A stretch of DNA of 64,000 nt from Candidatus Marinacidobacterales bacterium (GTDB lineage Bacteria > Acidobacteriota > Vicinamibacteria > Marinacidobacterales > DATDRI01), in the NCBI GenBank assembly GCA_965226495.1, contig OZ245365.1, forward strand, positions 1,120,001-1,184,000. The letters run 5' to 3'. The position numbers were made by a program, and so were the translations under genes. The notes under the pieces are model-generated. The model did not search any database and had not been told where the DNA came from. It saw only the letters and a list, made by a program, of their open reading frames with translations. Below, in pieces: positions 8,515 to 19,363 of this stretch; the first letter of the stretch is position 1, and every line of letters begins with the position of its first letter.

Positions 8515-9454
8515 ATGAAACGTTGTGCGGGTCTTACGCTTGGGCTTTTACTGTTTGCATTCGCGACATTTGCCGATAACGAGAAAGTGCCTTTGGATTC
8601 CGATCGTTGGGAAATCGAGGCCGAGGAATGGCGCATCGAGGAGCATCTCGGTGAGTCGAGTCTATTTTTGAAGGGTGGCGTTGCGGCCATCAAAGATTCG
8701 GTCTTCACGGACGGTATTATCGAGTTCGACATCGCGTTCCCGGAAGATCGGAACTTCGTGGGAGCCATGTGGCGTTTTCAGGGCGAGGAGAACTTCGAGG
8801 ACTTCTACATAAGGCCTCATCAGTCCGGTAATCCGGACGCGACTCAGTATACGCCGGTCTTCAATGGCATTTCCGGTTGGCAGCTCTATCACGGGGAAGG
8901 CTACGCCGCGCCGGTCGAGTATCGGTTCGACGAGTGGATTCACGTGAAGATTGTGATCTCCGGAAGCCAGGGCGAGATCTACATTGGTGAAGGGGGCGAG
9001 CCGGCTCTCGTGATGCACGAGCTCAAACGTCGGGTTGCGTCAGGTAAGGTGGGACTGAGAGCAGGAAATCGGGCCGTCACTCACTTCGCCAACTTCAGCT
9101 TCCAAGCCGTAGAGAATCCGTCCCTGAAGGGTCGCCCCAAGCACCCGGAACCGGCCCCCGAAGGCACCGTCATGGCCTGGTCTGTCTCGAGCTCGTTCGC
9201 CGAGAGCGATCTCGAAGGCGAATACGACCTCGCCGACCCGCAGACGTTATCTCAACGGTCGCTTGATCTTCGCGGGAACGGATCCTTACCGGTCACGCGA
9301 CTACCGCTTCTTGGGCTCGCTCGGGGATTTCGACGCATTGTATCTGCCACTCGAGGAGGGTGAGAACGAGCTTTGGATGGCGGTTACCGAGAGCTTTGGT
9401 GGCTGGGGAATCAAAGCCAGGTTCGATGACGTCGATGGGATCGAAATAGAATAG
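8515..9454 (+). pseudogene. Secreted DUF1080/ConA-like lectin-hydrolase domain protein, broken by an internal deletion/frameshift near 9246
   Basis: Signal peptide; FTDGIIEFDI, YIRPHQSGNPDATQYTP, WIHVKIVISG. The C-terminus YLNGRLIF...YRSRDYRFLG...ESFGGWG continues in another frame. Confidence 0.7.
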
Positions 9455-9462
9455 GGGGCGGT

Positions 9463-10992
9463 TCAGTTTCGAGAGCGCCAACTCGTGACGAAGACGCCGA
9501 CGAGGAAAATGGTCAGCGTTCCCACCACGATGATCATGTTCGCGTGGAAGGGGCTCCGGAGGTAGGACTCGTCTGGAAGATGTGGCGAGAACGTCATCCA
9601 GAAGATGACGAGCACTCCGGCGACAACCGCCGTGACCGCCGCTGGCCGATCGGCCCGACGAGAGATGAACCCCAGGAGGAACAGTCCGAGCACACCTCCG
9701 GCGAAAATGCCGGAGAGAGTCCACCAAGCATCAAGGAGACTCTTCACGCCGATCATCGCGAGCGCGACACCGACTCCCAACACGCCCATCACCACCGTAG
9801 CGGCGTAAAGGACACGCATCGCCTCTCGTTCGCTCACGGTGCGCTGAAGCCACCCTCGATAAAGATCGGACAGAATGACTGTCGCCGAGCTATTCAGGCT
9901 GGTGTCGATGCTGCTCATCGCTGCCGCTAGGAGAGCCGCGATCAGCAGACCCGCCAAACCGGGTGGGAGTTCTCGAGCGATGAAGTGAGGAAAGACACGG
10001 TCGCCGAGCCCCTCTTTAGTCAACTCTGTTAACTCTGCCGGTTCCTCGTTAAGCGTGTCGGACTGCGTCACGACCTCGTGCCGTAGTTGTTCTTTCAGAT
10101 CCGGGCGGGCCTCGTAGTAGGCGAAGAGGCCAGACCCAATAAGAAAGAACACCAAAGAGATCGGGACGTACAAGAGAGCGGCCAGCCACACCGCGCGAGC
10201 CGCCTCTCGATCGCTGCGTGCGGTGTGGTAGCGCTGCACGAAGCTCTGATCGATACCGAAATTGCTGAGGTTGATGAAGACTCCATAGAGGAGCACGACC
10301 CAGAATGTCGAGGTCGTGAAGTCGAAGGCCAAGCTACCGAGGCCGAACTTGCCTTCCCGCGAAGCGATCTCGAACAGTTGGCCAGGGCCTTCGGGCATAC
10401 CGAAAAGCAGCATCGCCACCACGAGCAGGGCACCGAGCGAGAGCACCAGGCTCTGTGCGACGTCGGTCCAGATGACGGCCTCGATCCCACCGAGAAGCGT
10501 GTAAAGCGTCACAAGCGCGCCGGTGGCCACGATAATCGTTTCGATCGACCACCCGGTGAGAGCCGCGACGGCGATTCCGCCGCCGAACAGGATCGCTCCC
10601 ATCCTGGCGAGTTGGGTCAGTAGGTAGCAGAGCATCGCGTAGACGCGAGCCCATCGCCCAAAGCGTCGTTCGAGATGCGTGTAGGCGGAGATTTCGCCGG
10701 TGTCTCGATAGAAGGGAACGAAATATTTCGTTGCGACCCATGCCGCGAACGGTAGAGATAGGCTGAAGACGAAGGAGTTCCAGTTCGAGGCATAGGCTTT
10801 CCCGGGAACTCCGAGAAACGTGTTGCTGCTGAGATAGGTTCCAAAAAGAGAAAGACCGACCGCCCAACCCGGCAAGGCCCCACCGGCAGCGGTAAATTCG
10901 TGCGCAGTCCGGCTGCGGCGGTAGAGCACACTTCCGAGCGTGACGATGCCGATGGTGTAGATTGCGAGAACGAGGAAGTCGAGAGTGGCCAT
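9463..10992 (-). CDS. Sodium:solute symporter (SSS family)
   Basis: About 13 TM helices; SAYTHLERRFG, YTLLGGIEAVIWTD, DQSFVQRY, AAAMSSIDTSLNS. Confidence 0.93.
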   Translation of the reverse strand: MATLDFLVLAIYTIGIVTLGSVLYRRSRTAHEFTAAGGALPGWAVGLSLFGTYLSSNTFLGVPGKAYASNWNSFVFSLSLPFAAWVATKYFVPFYRDTGEISAYTHLERRFGRWARVYAMLCYLLTQLARMGAILFGGGIAVAALTGWSIETIIVATGALVTLYTLLGGIEAVIWTDVAQSLVLSLGALLVVAMLLFGMPEGPGQLFEIASREGKFGLGSLAFDFTTSTFWVVLLYGVFINLSNFGIDQSFVQRYHTARSDREAARAVWLAALLYVPISLVFFLIGSGLFAYYEARPDLKEQLRHEVVTQSDTLNEEPAELTELTKEGLGDRVFPHFIARELPPGLAGLLIAALLAAAMSSIDTSLNSSATVILSDLYRGWLQRTVSEREAMRVLYAATVVMGVLGVGVALAMIGVKSLLDAWWTLSGIFAGGVLGLFLLGFISRRADRPAAVTAVVAGVLVIFWMTFSPHLPDESYLRSPFHANMIIVVGTLTIFLVGVFVTSWRSRN

Positions 10993-11005
10993 CTTTTTTA
11001 GTCAG

Positions 11006-11095
11006 TGCGCGCGGGGCCCCACCCCCACGCGCTCACGCTCCGCGGCCTCGCTTTCGGCTTCGCAACCTGGGTCGCTCGCCGCTGCGCGTGGGCTC
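11006..11095 (-). repeat. Intergenic repeat family B, partial copy
   Basis: The 28-bp TGCGCGCGGGGCCCCACCCCCACGCGCT (11006-11033) is identical to 53778-53805 and near-identical to the reverse complement of 21546-21571. Confidence 0.85.
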
Positions 11096-11175
11096 AAGGC
11101 TGTTTACCGCGTCTGAATTGTAACCTCTGGGCGGCGTGGTAGAGTAGGCGGAAATAGCGAGTCGGGAGGGGTTAG

Positions 11176-11676
11176 ATGTCTACAGACACGCTCTGTGATC
11201 GCTACCGCAGCTGGTTCGATTACGAGGCCCGGGCCCATGAAAAGGTGCTGCGGTCGCTGCACTCCGTGCCCGCCTCTCATCGCGACGCGCCGGAGTTCCA
11301 AAAGGCTCTAGAACTGGTGGGACACATCGTCGCGGCGCGGTGGCTATGGCTCAATCGGTTCGGCGTCGTTGAGAGTGTCCCAACCCAGCTCTTTCCAGCG
11401 GATGTCGCTCTCGAGGAGTTGGACTCGCTCGTTGACGAGATGCATATCGTTTGGACTGCGTATCTCAGCCGTCTGGACTCGACGGAGCTCGAGAGAGAAT
11501 TCGAGTATCAGAGCATGGAGGGGCCGCGGTTTCGAAATACTATCGAGGATCTTCTGACGCAGCTCTTCGGCCACTCTTGGTATCATCGAGGGCAAATCGC
11601 CGCACTGGTCCGGTTGTTGGGAGGCAAGCCGGCCGGAACGGATTACGTGTTTTGGAGACGCCAGCGAATCGATTGA
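11176..11676 (+). CDS. DinB/YfiT family protein
   Basis: GHIVAARWLW and LFGHSWYHRGQIA His motifs; GGAGGGG RBS. Confidence 0.85.
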   Translation: MSTDTLCDRYRSWFDYEARAHEKVLRSLHSVPASHRDAPEFQKALELVGHIVAARWLWLNRFGVVESVPTQLFPADVALEELDSLVDEMHIVWTAYLSRLDSTELEREFEYQSMEGPRFRNTIEDLLTQLFGHSWYHRGQIAALVRLLGGKPAGTDYVFWRRQRID

Positions 11677-11686
11677 GGAGATGATG

Positions 11687-12778
11687 ATGGCAGAGTCGGA
11701 CCTTTCCAGTAAGCGAGACGCGTTCATCGAGCGACTGGTCGAATCGTTGAGGGGCACGTTCGATATCTTCAGCGCCTACATCGGCGTGAAGCTCGGTCTA
11801 TACGAGTCTCTCGCCGAGGCAGGGCCGTCGACTTCCGTCGAGCTTGCGTCTCGAACCTCCACGCACGAACGCTACATCCGCGAATGGCTGGAGCAACAGG
11901 CCGTCACAGGAATCCTCGATGTCGATGACGAGAAAGCGGCGGCAACTGCACGGCGGTTCAGTCTTCCGGAGGCACATGCCGAGGTTCTCGTCGATCGCGA
12001 GAGCTTGAACTACCTCGCGCCCCTTCCGCAGCTCTTGGTCGGCGCGGTTAGCCCACTAAGGCGATTGCTCGAAGCGTATCGCAAGGGCGGGGGAGTGCCG
12101 TATGCGGACTACGGCGACGATATGGTGAAGGGGCAGGAAGGCATCAACCGCACGATGTTCCTGCAGGAACTCGGTAAAGTTTGGTTACCTGCCATCACCG
12201 ACCTCCACCAGCGCTTGGAATCAGACCCCCCGGGGCGGGTCGCCGATGTCGGTTGCGGTACCGGGTGGTCCGCGATCGGCATTGCGCAAAGTTATCCGAA
12301 GGTACGGGTGGACGGGTTCGACCTGGACGAGGCATCGGTCGAAATCGCTCGTGCCAACGGGCGGGAGGCGGGTCTCTCCGATCGCGTGCAGTTTCATGTC
12401 CGCGATGCCGCGGATCCACATCTCGCCGGTCGCTACGACTTGGTGACCGCTTTCGAGTGCATCCATGACATGTCTCGACCGGTGGAGGGTCTCAAGGCGA
12501 TGCGCAGTCTCGCTGGAGACGACGGGACGGTTTTGGTCGTCGACGAACGGGTCGGGGAAGAATTCTCTACAAAGGATAATGGGATCGACTGGATGATGTA
12601 CGGCTGGAGCATTTTTCACTGCCTTCCGGTTGGAAAAGTGGATGAGCCATCCGCCGAGACCGGGACGGTCATGCGCCCACCGGTTTTCAGGCGTTATGCC
12701 GAGGAGGCCGGTTTTAAGAGTGTAGAAATCTTGCCGATCGAGAGTCTTTTCTTTCGATTCTATCGTCTCGTTCCGTAA
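11687..12778 (+). CDS. Class I SAM-dependent methyltransferase with N-terminal winged helix (Rv2258c-like)
   Basis: ERYIREWLEQQA, VADVGCGTGW, YDLVTAFECIHDM, WSIFHCLP. Confidence 0.88.
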   Translation: MAESDLSSKRDAFIERLVESLRGTFDIFSAYIGVKLGLYESLAEAGPSTSVELASRTSTHERYIREWLEQQAVTGILDVDDEKAAATARRFSLPEAHAEVLVDRESLNYLAPLPQLLVGAVSPLRRLLEAYRKGGGVPYADYGDDMVKGQEGINRTMFLQELGKVWLPAITDLHQRLESDPPGRVADVGCGTGWSAIGIAQSYPKVRVDGFDLDEASVEIARANGREAGLSDRVQFHVRDAADPHLAGRYDLVTAFECIHDMSRPVEGLKAMRSLAGDDGTVLVVDERVGEEFSTKDNGIDWMMYGWSIFHCLPVGKVDEPSAETGTVMRPPVFRRYAEEAGFKSVEILPIESLFFRFYRLVP

Positions 12779-13817
12779 AGTTGGGTTTTGCCGAACAATC
12801 TTTCCTTCAACGGTTTCTTACTTGGTTTCTTTCTCGTTGGCGAAGTAATCCTCGCCGGGTGCGGATCGCAAGATGCTCACATCGCATATGACCTTGTCGA
12901 GCATCTCCCAAGCGCCGTTGTCATTAGAGAGAGCCCTCTTCTGGACTTCGGCTCAGGCTCGAGTCGGGCTCTCCTTTACGCGGGCTGGTCCCGGGATGAG
13001 GTCGCCGCCGACGGAACGACGTTTGTTTGGGGGGTAGGGGAGGGGTCGTCTCTAAACTTTTTTCTGGCCGAGCCACGCGACCTTGCTCTGACTTTCCGTT
13101 GTTGGCCCTTTTCGTATCCGGGCGCACCTTCCCAGACACTGACTTTGTGGATCAATGGCCACGATGTCGGCGGTCTGGAGCTCGGAGCGACGGCCTTGGA
13201 GTATAGGATCGAAGTCCACGCGGCAGACCTCATTTCTGGCACCAACCAGCTCGAGATTGCGTACGGCCATCACCGCTCTCCGAGCGAAGTGCTTCCTGGG
13301 GCCACTGACGATCGAGGTCTTGCAGTTGGTTGGGATTGGCTTCGCATTGGAGAAGCGGCTCCCGCGCGCGCGCCGTTCGCCAGAGGCGATGGGCGAATCG
13401 CATCGGTGATGCTTCCAAACCATCTGCGACTCGAGTACCAATTGGATGTCCCCGCCGAAAGCTCGTTGGTTATCGAAAGCGTGGGGTTTTGGGGCTCCAA
13501 CGAGGAAGCGGAAACGACCAACCTTCAGGTCACCGTTCAAACAATGAACGCGCGGACGGAGGAGCACTTCGAAATTCCCGGGCATGTGGACCTTCCGATA
13601 TCGGTAGCATCGTCGCAGCGCCTGGTCTTGTCCTTTCAGACCCGCGGAGAGCCGGGAGCACCCGGAGCCGATGCCGGCATTCGTCTCCTGCGGCCGACCA
13701 TCCGTTCTGCGTCGTGGCCGGAGTCGAGTGAAACCCCTCTCCGCCCGTCCGGGCGGCCGAACATTCTGCTTTATGTAATCGATACCCTGCGTGCGGACCA
13801 TTTGGGTTGTTACGGGT

Positions 13818-14895
13818 CGCGAATTCATAAAGTAAGTGCAACACAGCTCCCGGATGAGGTGACCTGGAATGTGCCACGATTCCTCAAACAACCAAGAATG
13901 GGGACTCGCTAATGACTTATTACCAGATCACCTCGGAAGAACGCTACACCATCGCGGCGCTGCGACGGGAGGGATTTTGCTCGGCCGAGATCGCGCGGCG
14001 CCTGGGGCGCCACCGGAGCACCATCTCGAGAGAGGTCAGGAGGAACAGCTCACCTAGTGATGGATGCTACCGGCCGAGCAAGGCCATCGAGAGAACGAAC
14101 GGACGACGCTCGCGGTCTCGCCGGAACCAGTACTTCACAAAGGCCGACTTTGCCCTGGTGGAGAAGAAGCTTAAGGCCGACTGGAGCCCAGAGCAGATCT
14201 CCGGCCACCTGCGCCTTCACGGCGAGCTCTCGATCAGCCACGAGACGATCTACACCCACGTTTGGCGGGACAAGGAGGCCGGAGGACATCTATACCGCCA
14301 CCTTCGATGCTCGCCCAAACTTAGACGCAAGCGCCACAACAGCTACGACAGCCGAGGCCGCCTGGCCGGGAAGCGTCACATCTCCGAGCGGCCGTCTTGT
14401 ATCGACAAGCGCCGTGCCGTTGGCCACTGGGAGATTGACACCGTGGTAGGAAAAGACGCGCCGGACTGCGTCACCACGCTCGTGGAACGAAAGACGGGCT
14501 ATGCGCTGATCGGCAAACTGTCCGACCGCAGCATGTTCGGCACTAGCCAGCGAACGAAGATGTTGCTCCGGCGGGTGCCGGATCAGGTCAAGACCATCAC
14601 CGCGGACAATGGCACGGAGTTCCACGACTACGAATCCGTCGAGGAAGCGACCGGCGTCAAGTTCTACTTTGCAACTCCCTATCACTCATGGGAGAGAGGC
14701 AGCAACGAGAACTTCAATGGATTGCTACGACAATACCTGCCGAAGCGCACCAGCCAAGCAGCGCTCACGCAACGCCACTGCGATGGTATCGCAAAGAAGC
14801 TCAACACACGGCCCCGCAAGAGGCTCGGTTACCGCACACCGGAGGAACGTTTCCATGGGAACTAACGAATGGTGCGCTTCAAACTTGAAGTCACA
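13818..14895 (+). mobile_element. IS30 family insertion sequence (1078 bp), 3-bp target duplication GGT
   Basis: Imperfect 27-bp terminal IRs at 13818-13844 (CGCGAATTCATAAAGTAAGTGCAACAC) and 14869-14895 (ATGGTGCGCTTCAAACTTGAAGTCACA). GGT flanks at 13815-13817 and 14896-14898. Confidence 0.92.
13912..14865 (+). CDS. IS30 family DDE transposase
   Basis: HTH IARRLGRHRSTISREVRRN, WSPEQISG, GHWEIDTV, TITADNGTEF, PYHSWERGSNENFNGLLRQYLPK, LNTRPRKRLGYRTP. Confidence 0.97.
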   Translation: MTYYQITSEERYTIAALRREGFCSAEIARRLGRHRSTISREVRRNSSPSDGCYRPSKAIERTNGRRSRSRRNQYFTKADFALVEKKLKADWSPEQISGHLRLHGELSISHETIYTHVWRDKEAGGHLYRHLRCSPKLRRKRHNSYDSRGRLAGKRHISERPSCIDKRRAVGHWEIDTVVGKDAPDCVTTLVERKTGYALIGKLSDRSMFGTSQRTKMLLRRVPDQVKTITADNGTEFHDYESVEEATGVKFYFATPYHSWERGSNENFNGLLRQYLPKRTSQAALTQRHCDGIAKKLNTRPRKRLGYRTPEERFHGN

Positions 14896-16083
14896 GGTCT
14901 TCGAGTCCGACGCCGCGGATCGATGCCTTCGCGGGGCAGGCGACGCTCTTCGAGACGGCGTATGCGCAATCGTCTTGGACCAAGTCATCGGTGGCTTCGA
15001 TCATGTCGGGGCTTCTGCCGCGCGCGCACGCCGCCAACCGGCGCGAGGATGCCTTGCCTCCTGGAATCGACACGCTGGCTGAGCGGCTGGATCGATCGGG
15101 ATACGCCAGAGCCGGTTTCGTTACCAACCCGAACCTCGCGTCGGCCTTTGGTTTCGATCAAGGGTTCGAGACATACGAGCTTCTTGTCGAGGAAGACCCA
15201 CAGCGAGGCTACGTCCGTTCGGATGCACTTAACCGCCGCGCCATCGAATGGCTCGAGAACCGCAGCACGACCGAGCCATTCTTCCTCTATATGCATTCGA
15301 TGGATCCTCATGATCCCTATCTTTCTGGGGCTTCCCGAGCAGAGCCGGCGGACGGGATCGGCACGATGGCATTTATGACTGCTCTCGAGGATGGGCGAAT
15401 CGATTCTTCTGCAGAGATCCATACGAGGCTGATGGAACTGTATGATTCAGAGATCGCGTTCAACGATCAACACTTCGGCGAGCTGCTGGATTGGTTGAAG
15501 CGCGTCGGCCTGTACGAACCAACGCTTATTGTGCTCGTCTCCGACCACGGCGAAGAGTTCGACGACCACGGTTGGTGGCGTCATGGCAAGACGCTCTACC
15601 GGGAGCAGCTCGAGATCCCACTCATCGTGAAGTGGCCGGGAGGGCATGATGTAGGCGTTCGCCGTGAGGACGTTGCTCAGCACGTCGATTTGTTGCCGAC
15701 GTTGATGCGGCACATTGGCGGGGAGTCGACTAGCGATCTTCACGGACGAAGTCTTTGGAGCCGGCAGACCAGCCCCGCAGTGTTCAGCTACCTCAATCTG
15801 GATGGACGCGAGCTGGAAAGCGTCGTCTACCGAGACCAGAAGCTCATCCGGTATCTTTCCTTCGATCGGCCGCGGTCGCCCCTCCAGGTTTTCGATCTCG
15901 CCTCGGATGGAGCGGAGTCCCGAGACCTGGCGCCTGAGCGACCCCTTCCAGCATCCTTTCTGGCGAGGCTTCTCGCACATTCGAGAAGTTTGTCCGGGAC
16001 GCGAGTCCCGGTGCCGGCGACGATCGACGAGTCACTCGAGGAGAAACTTCGGGCGCTCGGCTATCTGCGGTAGTTCTGATGGG

Positions 16084-18585
16084 TCAGCGCACTTCGATCC
16101 AGTCGACCCTCACGCCTAGGTCGCGGATGTCGGATGACCCCGGAATCAAGTTGGCGGGGCGCCAGAGCTTGGTGTCCAATCGGAGAATCGCATAGGAGTC
16201 GTCTCGGCCCGCCGTTAACTCTGGCGGGAGCTCCACGTGATACGTCTGGAACTGGCGTGCCGGTTGAAACGTCGCAAGAGTCTCATCATCCAGGGAGACG
16301 GTGACCGGATAAAGTGGTGCTTCCGTCTGCTCGGGCCCCGCTACCCTTAGCAGAATCTCTCTGCTGTTTGGACCGACCGACGGGAGGAAGACGCTCGACG
16401 TTTTTTGACTCCACCGGTAACTGATTCCGTCCGGTCCGAGCTCCTTTTCGAAGAACCACGCCACCAGTTGATCATCGCTCCCGCCGACGTCGACCAGATT
16501 GAGTTTGGGCATCCGCTCGGCCAGCTCCGCGACATCGACCGCTTTGGATAGCGTGAACCGGAGATGGAAGGGTTTCGGGCCGGTCGGTGGGTGCGTGTAG
16601 GCGAACTCGTAGTGCTGCGTGCCGAAAGAAAAGTCCTTGACGTGTTCGGTGAAGAGTCCGGAAAGTGAGATCTTATAATTGGTCACGAAGTAGATGTCCT
16701 CGTACTCATCGCGCCATTTTGCGATGAGGCTCTCCAGCGAGCCGCGGTCCGGCTTCAGTCCGTAGAACTCCAGGACGTTTTTTCCCTCGAGCTGGGAAAG
16801 TGGAAGCTCCAAAAGGTGTAGGCCCTCTTTACGGGGAAAGATGACGATGTCGCGATCGCCGATGTGCCGAGCCAGCTCCCTTACAAAATGGAGGCTACCG
16901 GGGAACTCCTCGTGTCCCCAGAGGGGCCGTCCGGCGACAAAGTAGGAAACAAGAAGGAGCGATCCAATGATGCGCGGTGCCCAACTCCCGATCCATCCTT
17001 TGGTGCCCCGCAAACTGACCAAGAAAACCGCGATGCAAGCAAAAAGGGTCGGAAGGATTACTGGGATGAAGCGCCGCATCGCGAAGTAGTGATCGTGCCA
17101 GACGCGGACCTTGTAGAAAAAGAAGAGCGAGAACGTCAGACCGACGAGGACGAAGAGGGCTTGACGGCGTTCGCTGCGTGCCAGGAGGAACATCGCGCCT
17201 GCCACGACGAGCGCGAGCCCCACCGGGTAGAGGTACCACCCCATGCGAAGAAACGCTTCGGCATCATGCGGTGCGGTGCGCAGGCCATGCCAAATCGGGC
17301 GGATGAAATACGCGTAGAGTGCCAGCACGAAGATCGACATCGCGGCTGCAATGCGAGCCTTCTTACTCTCGATCAGTGGGGCAATGCGTGGAACCACCTT
17401 TGTCCCCAGCCGGTCGATGAGCAAGAAAACCACCGCCGAGGACGATGCGAAGACCGCGATGTTCTCGAAAAAGATGCGCCAGTAGTGTCGACCAAGAACG
17501 TTCGACACATAGGGCCAGGCGAAAAACCGGCCGTGGAACGCGGCGTGGAGTGCGATGAGCGAGAACGCGCCAAGGAAGGCGAGCTCGGGCGTGCCCAGAT
17601 CTCTGCGCAGCCTTCGCCAGCCGAGATAAAGGCCGAGCGGCAGAAGGAAAAGAAGATTTTCCATGCGCACCAGCAGCGTGGCCCCGAAGGCCGCTCCGCT
17701 GAGAAGCCCGGCCACGCTCGAGCGCTTTTCATCCATGAAATAGAAGGTCAGGAGTCCGGTCACGTAAAGAAACTGGACCAAAATCTCAGCGTTCGGAAAC
17801 CGGGCAAACCAGATTTGGATCTGGAAAACGGCCATCATTCCCGATGCCCAGAGGGCGACCTCGGTGTTGAAGAGTCGTCGTAGTGCGAAGAAGAATCCGG
17901 CCACCCCCATGAGGGCGAAGAATGGCGTCGCGTAGAGACCGGCCTTCATCTCGAAGAGCTGTGACGCGATTCCGATCCAAACCGGATAGAGATGCAATCC
18001 CTGTGGTGAGATGTGCCCGCTGTCGGGGCTATCCATGTGGAATCCGAGAAACCTTGGTTGGCTCCAGGGCGGAAGATCCTTGTCGACGCGAAAGAAGAGA
18101 TCTCGCTCCTCTTCGGGAACGCTCAACACGACGGGATCGACGTAGGTGAGGTTACCCTCACGAGCGAGATGGAATCCTGTGTTGACATAGACTCCGGGAT
18201 CCCGCCCTCCGAGAATGTACTCGTAAGGTGGAAAATAAACGGCCACGCCGAAGCCGATGAGGCATACCAGGACCGCGAGCTCGTCCCGTCTCAGTGCACC
18301 GGGGCGTAGCGACAGGTGCTTGCGGGTGAGCAACGCTCCAACCAGAAGGAACAGAGTGAGACCACCCACAGCGGTAGCCACTCTGACGGCGGAGAAATGA
18401 CCTAGCTCGGCGACTAGCAATCCCGCCCAGCCCGAGAGCACGAGACTTCCCGCGAGCACCAGATAGATTTGTTCGCCGAAAGTCAGTTCCAACGTCTTCT
18501 TGCGTGCGTTGAGCGCCGCGACCAGGACTAGGCCGGGCGCCAAGAACAGTATGAGTGTGGATAGCGTGGCGGTGACCGGGTGCAT
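16084..18585 (-). CDS. Multi-TM GT-C fold glycosyltransferase-like protein with C-terminal extracytoplasmic beta-sandwich
   Basis: Many TM helices; GGRDPGVY loop after early TMs, QIWFARFPNAE, RRFIPVILP; C-terminal SDIRDLGVRVDWIEV. Confidence 0.7.
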   Translation of the reverse strand: MHPVTATLSTLILFLAPGLVLVAALNARKKTLELTFGEQIYLVLAGSLVLSGWAGLLVAELGHFSAVRVATAVGGLTLFLLVGALLTRKHLSLRPGALRRDELAVLVCLIGFGVAVYFPPYEYILGGRDPGVYVNTGFHLAREGNLTYVDPVVLSVPEEERDLFFRVDKDLPPWSQPRFLGFHMDSPDSGHISPQGLHLYPVWIGIASQLFEMKAGLYATPFFALMGVAGFFFALRRLFNTEVALWASGMMAVFQIQIWFARFPNAEILVQFLYVTGLLTFYFMDEKRSSVAGLLSGAAFGATLLVRMENLLFLLPLGLYLGWRRLRRDLGTPELAFLGAFSLIALHAAFHGRFFAWPYVSNVLGRHYWRIFFENIAVFASSSAVVFLLIDRLGTKVVPRIAPLIESKKARIAAAMSIFVLALYAYFIRPIWHGLRTAPHDAEAFLRMGWYLYPVGLALVVAGAMFLLARSERRQALFVLVGLTFSLFFFYKVRVWHDHYFAMRRFIPVILPTLFACIAVFLVSLRGTKGWIGSWAPRIIGSLLLVSYFVAGRPLWGHEEFPGSLHFVRELARHIGDRDIVIFPRKEGLHLLELPLSQLEGKNVLEFYGLKPDRGSLESLIAKWRDEYEDIYFVTNYKISLSGLFTEHVKDFSFGTQHYEFAYTHPPTGPKPFHLRFTLSKAVDVAELAERMPKLNLVDVGGSDDQLVAWFFEKELGPDGISYRWSQKTSSVFLPSVGPNSREILLRVAGPEQTEAPLYPVTVSLDDETLATFQPARQFQTYHVELPPELTAGRDDSYAILRLDTKLWRPANLIPGSSDIRDLGVRVDWIEVR

Positions 18586-18600
18586 GCGCGATCTCGGAAG

Positions 18601-19350
18601 TTAGGGCCTTGCCATCAAGCCGCCGTCGACGACGAGCTCGGTTCCAGTAATGAAACTAGCGTCGTCGGAGAGAAGGAACACGCAGGCGTTCGCCATGTCC
18701 TGCGGCGTACCGACGCGTTTGAGGGGGACGGTGGTGGCAATGGCTTTTTGGGCCTCCTCGTCTCCCTCCCAGCGCTGTTGCATCGGTGTCAAGGTCGGTC
18801 CGGGTAATAGTGCGTTCGATCGAATCCGGTCCGGACCGAACTGAATCGCCAAAGACTTGGAGAGCGACAGGACGGCACCCTTCGAGGCCTGATAGGCGTC
18901 TTGGGGCACGCTGTCTCCGCGAAGGCATTGAATGCTCGAGATGTGCACCATCGCGCCGCTGCCCGTCTTCTTCATTAGGGGGACGGCATGTCGTGCTGTA
19001 TGAACCATCGACTTTAAGTTTATCGCGAGGACTTGATCCCAGACGTTGAGGTCAATCTCCACCGCGGACTTGTCTCGCCCCAGCCATAGGACACCGGCGG
19101 CGTTGGCTAGATAATCCAGCCGTCCTCGTTTTTCGAAGGCGTCTCGCATCGAGTGGGCGACCGTGTCTTCCGAGGTTACGTCTCCTTGAACGTAGTGAAA
19201 TGAACCCTGCCAGTCCGCGACTTCCGAAGGCTGTGCTTTGATATCGACCATCAAGACGTGCGTACCGCGCCGAACGAGCTCGCGGGAAATGGCCAGGCCC
19301 ATGCCCCCGCCCGCTCCCGTTACAAATGCGGTTTTCGCCTCGAAGCTCAT
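18601..19350 (-). CDS. Short-chain dehydrogenase/reductase
   Basis: TGAGGGMG, NAAG, YQASK, PGPTLT, FITGTELVVDGG. Confidence 0.93.
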   Translation of the reverse strand: MSFEAKTAFVTGAGGGMGLAISRELVRRGTHVLMVDIKAQPSEVADWQGSFHYVQGDVTSEDTVAHSMRDAFEKRGRLDYLANAAGVLWLGRDKSAVEIDLNVWDQVLAINLKSMVHTARHAVPLMKKTGSGAMVHISSIQCLRGDSVPQDAYQASKGAVLSLSKSLAIQFGPDRIRSNALLPGPTLTPMQQRWEGDEEAQKAIATTVPLKRVGTPQDMANACVFLLSDDASFITGTELVVDGGLMARP

Positions 19351-19363
19351 CTTCGTGATCTCC

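Larger units (their letters stand above)
12788..16073 (+). pseudogene. Sulfatase-like hydrolase/transferase lipoprotein interrupted by IS30
   Basis: LAGC lipobox. PNILLYVIDTLRADHLGCYG joins in frame to SSSPTPRIDAFA...SSWTKSSVASIMSG once the IS is removed; HSMDPHDPY, SDHGEEF, C-terminal EEKLRALGY. Confidence 0.9.
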
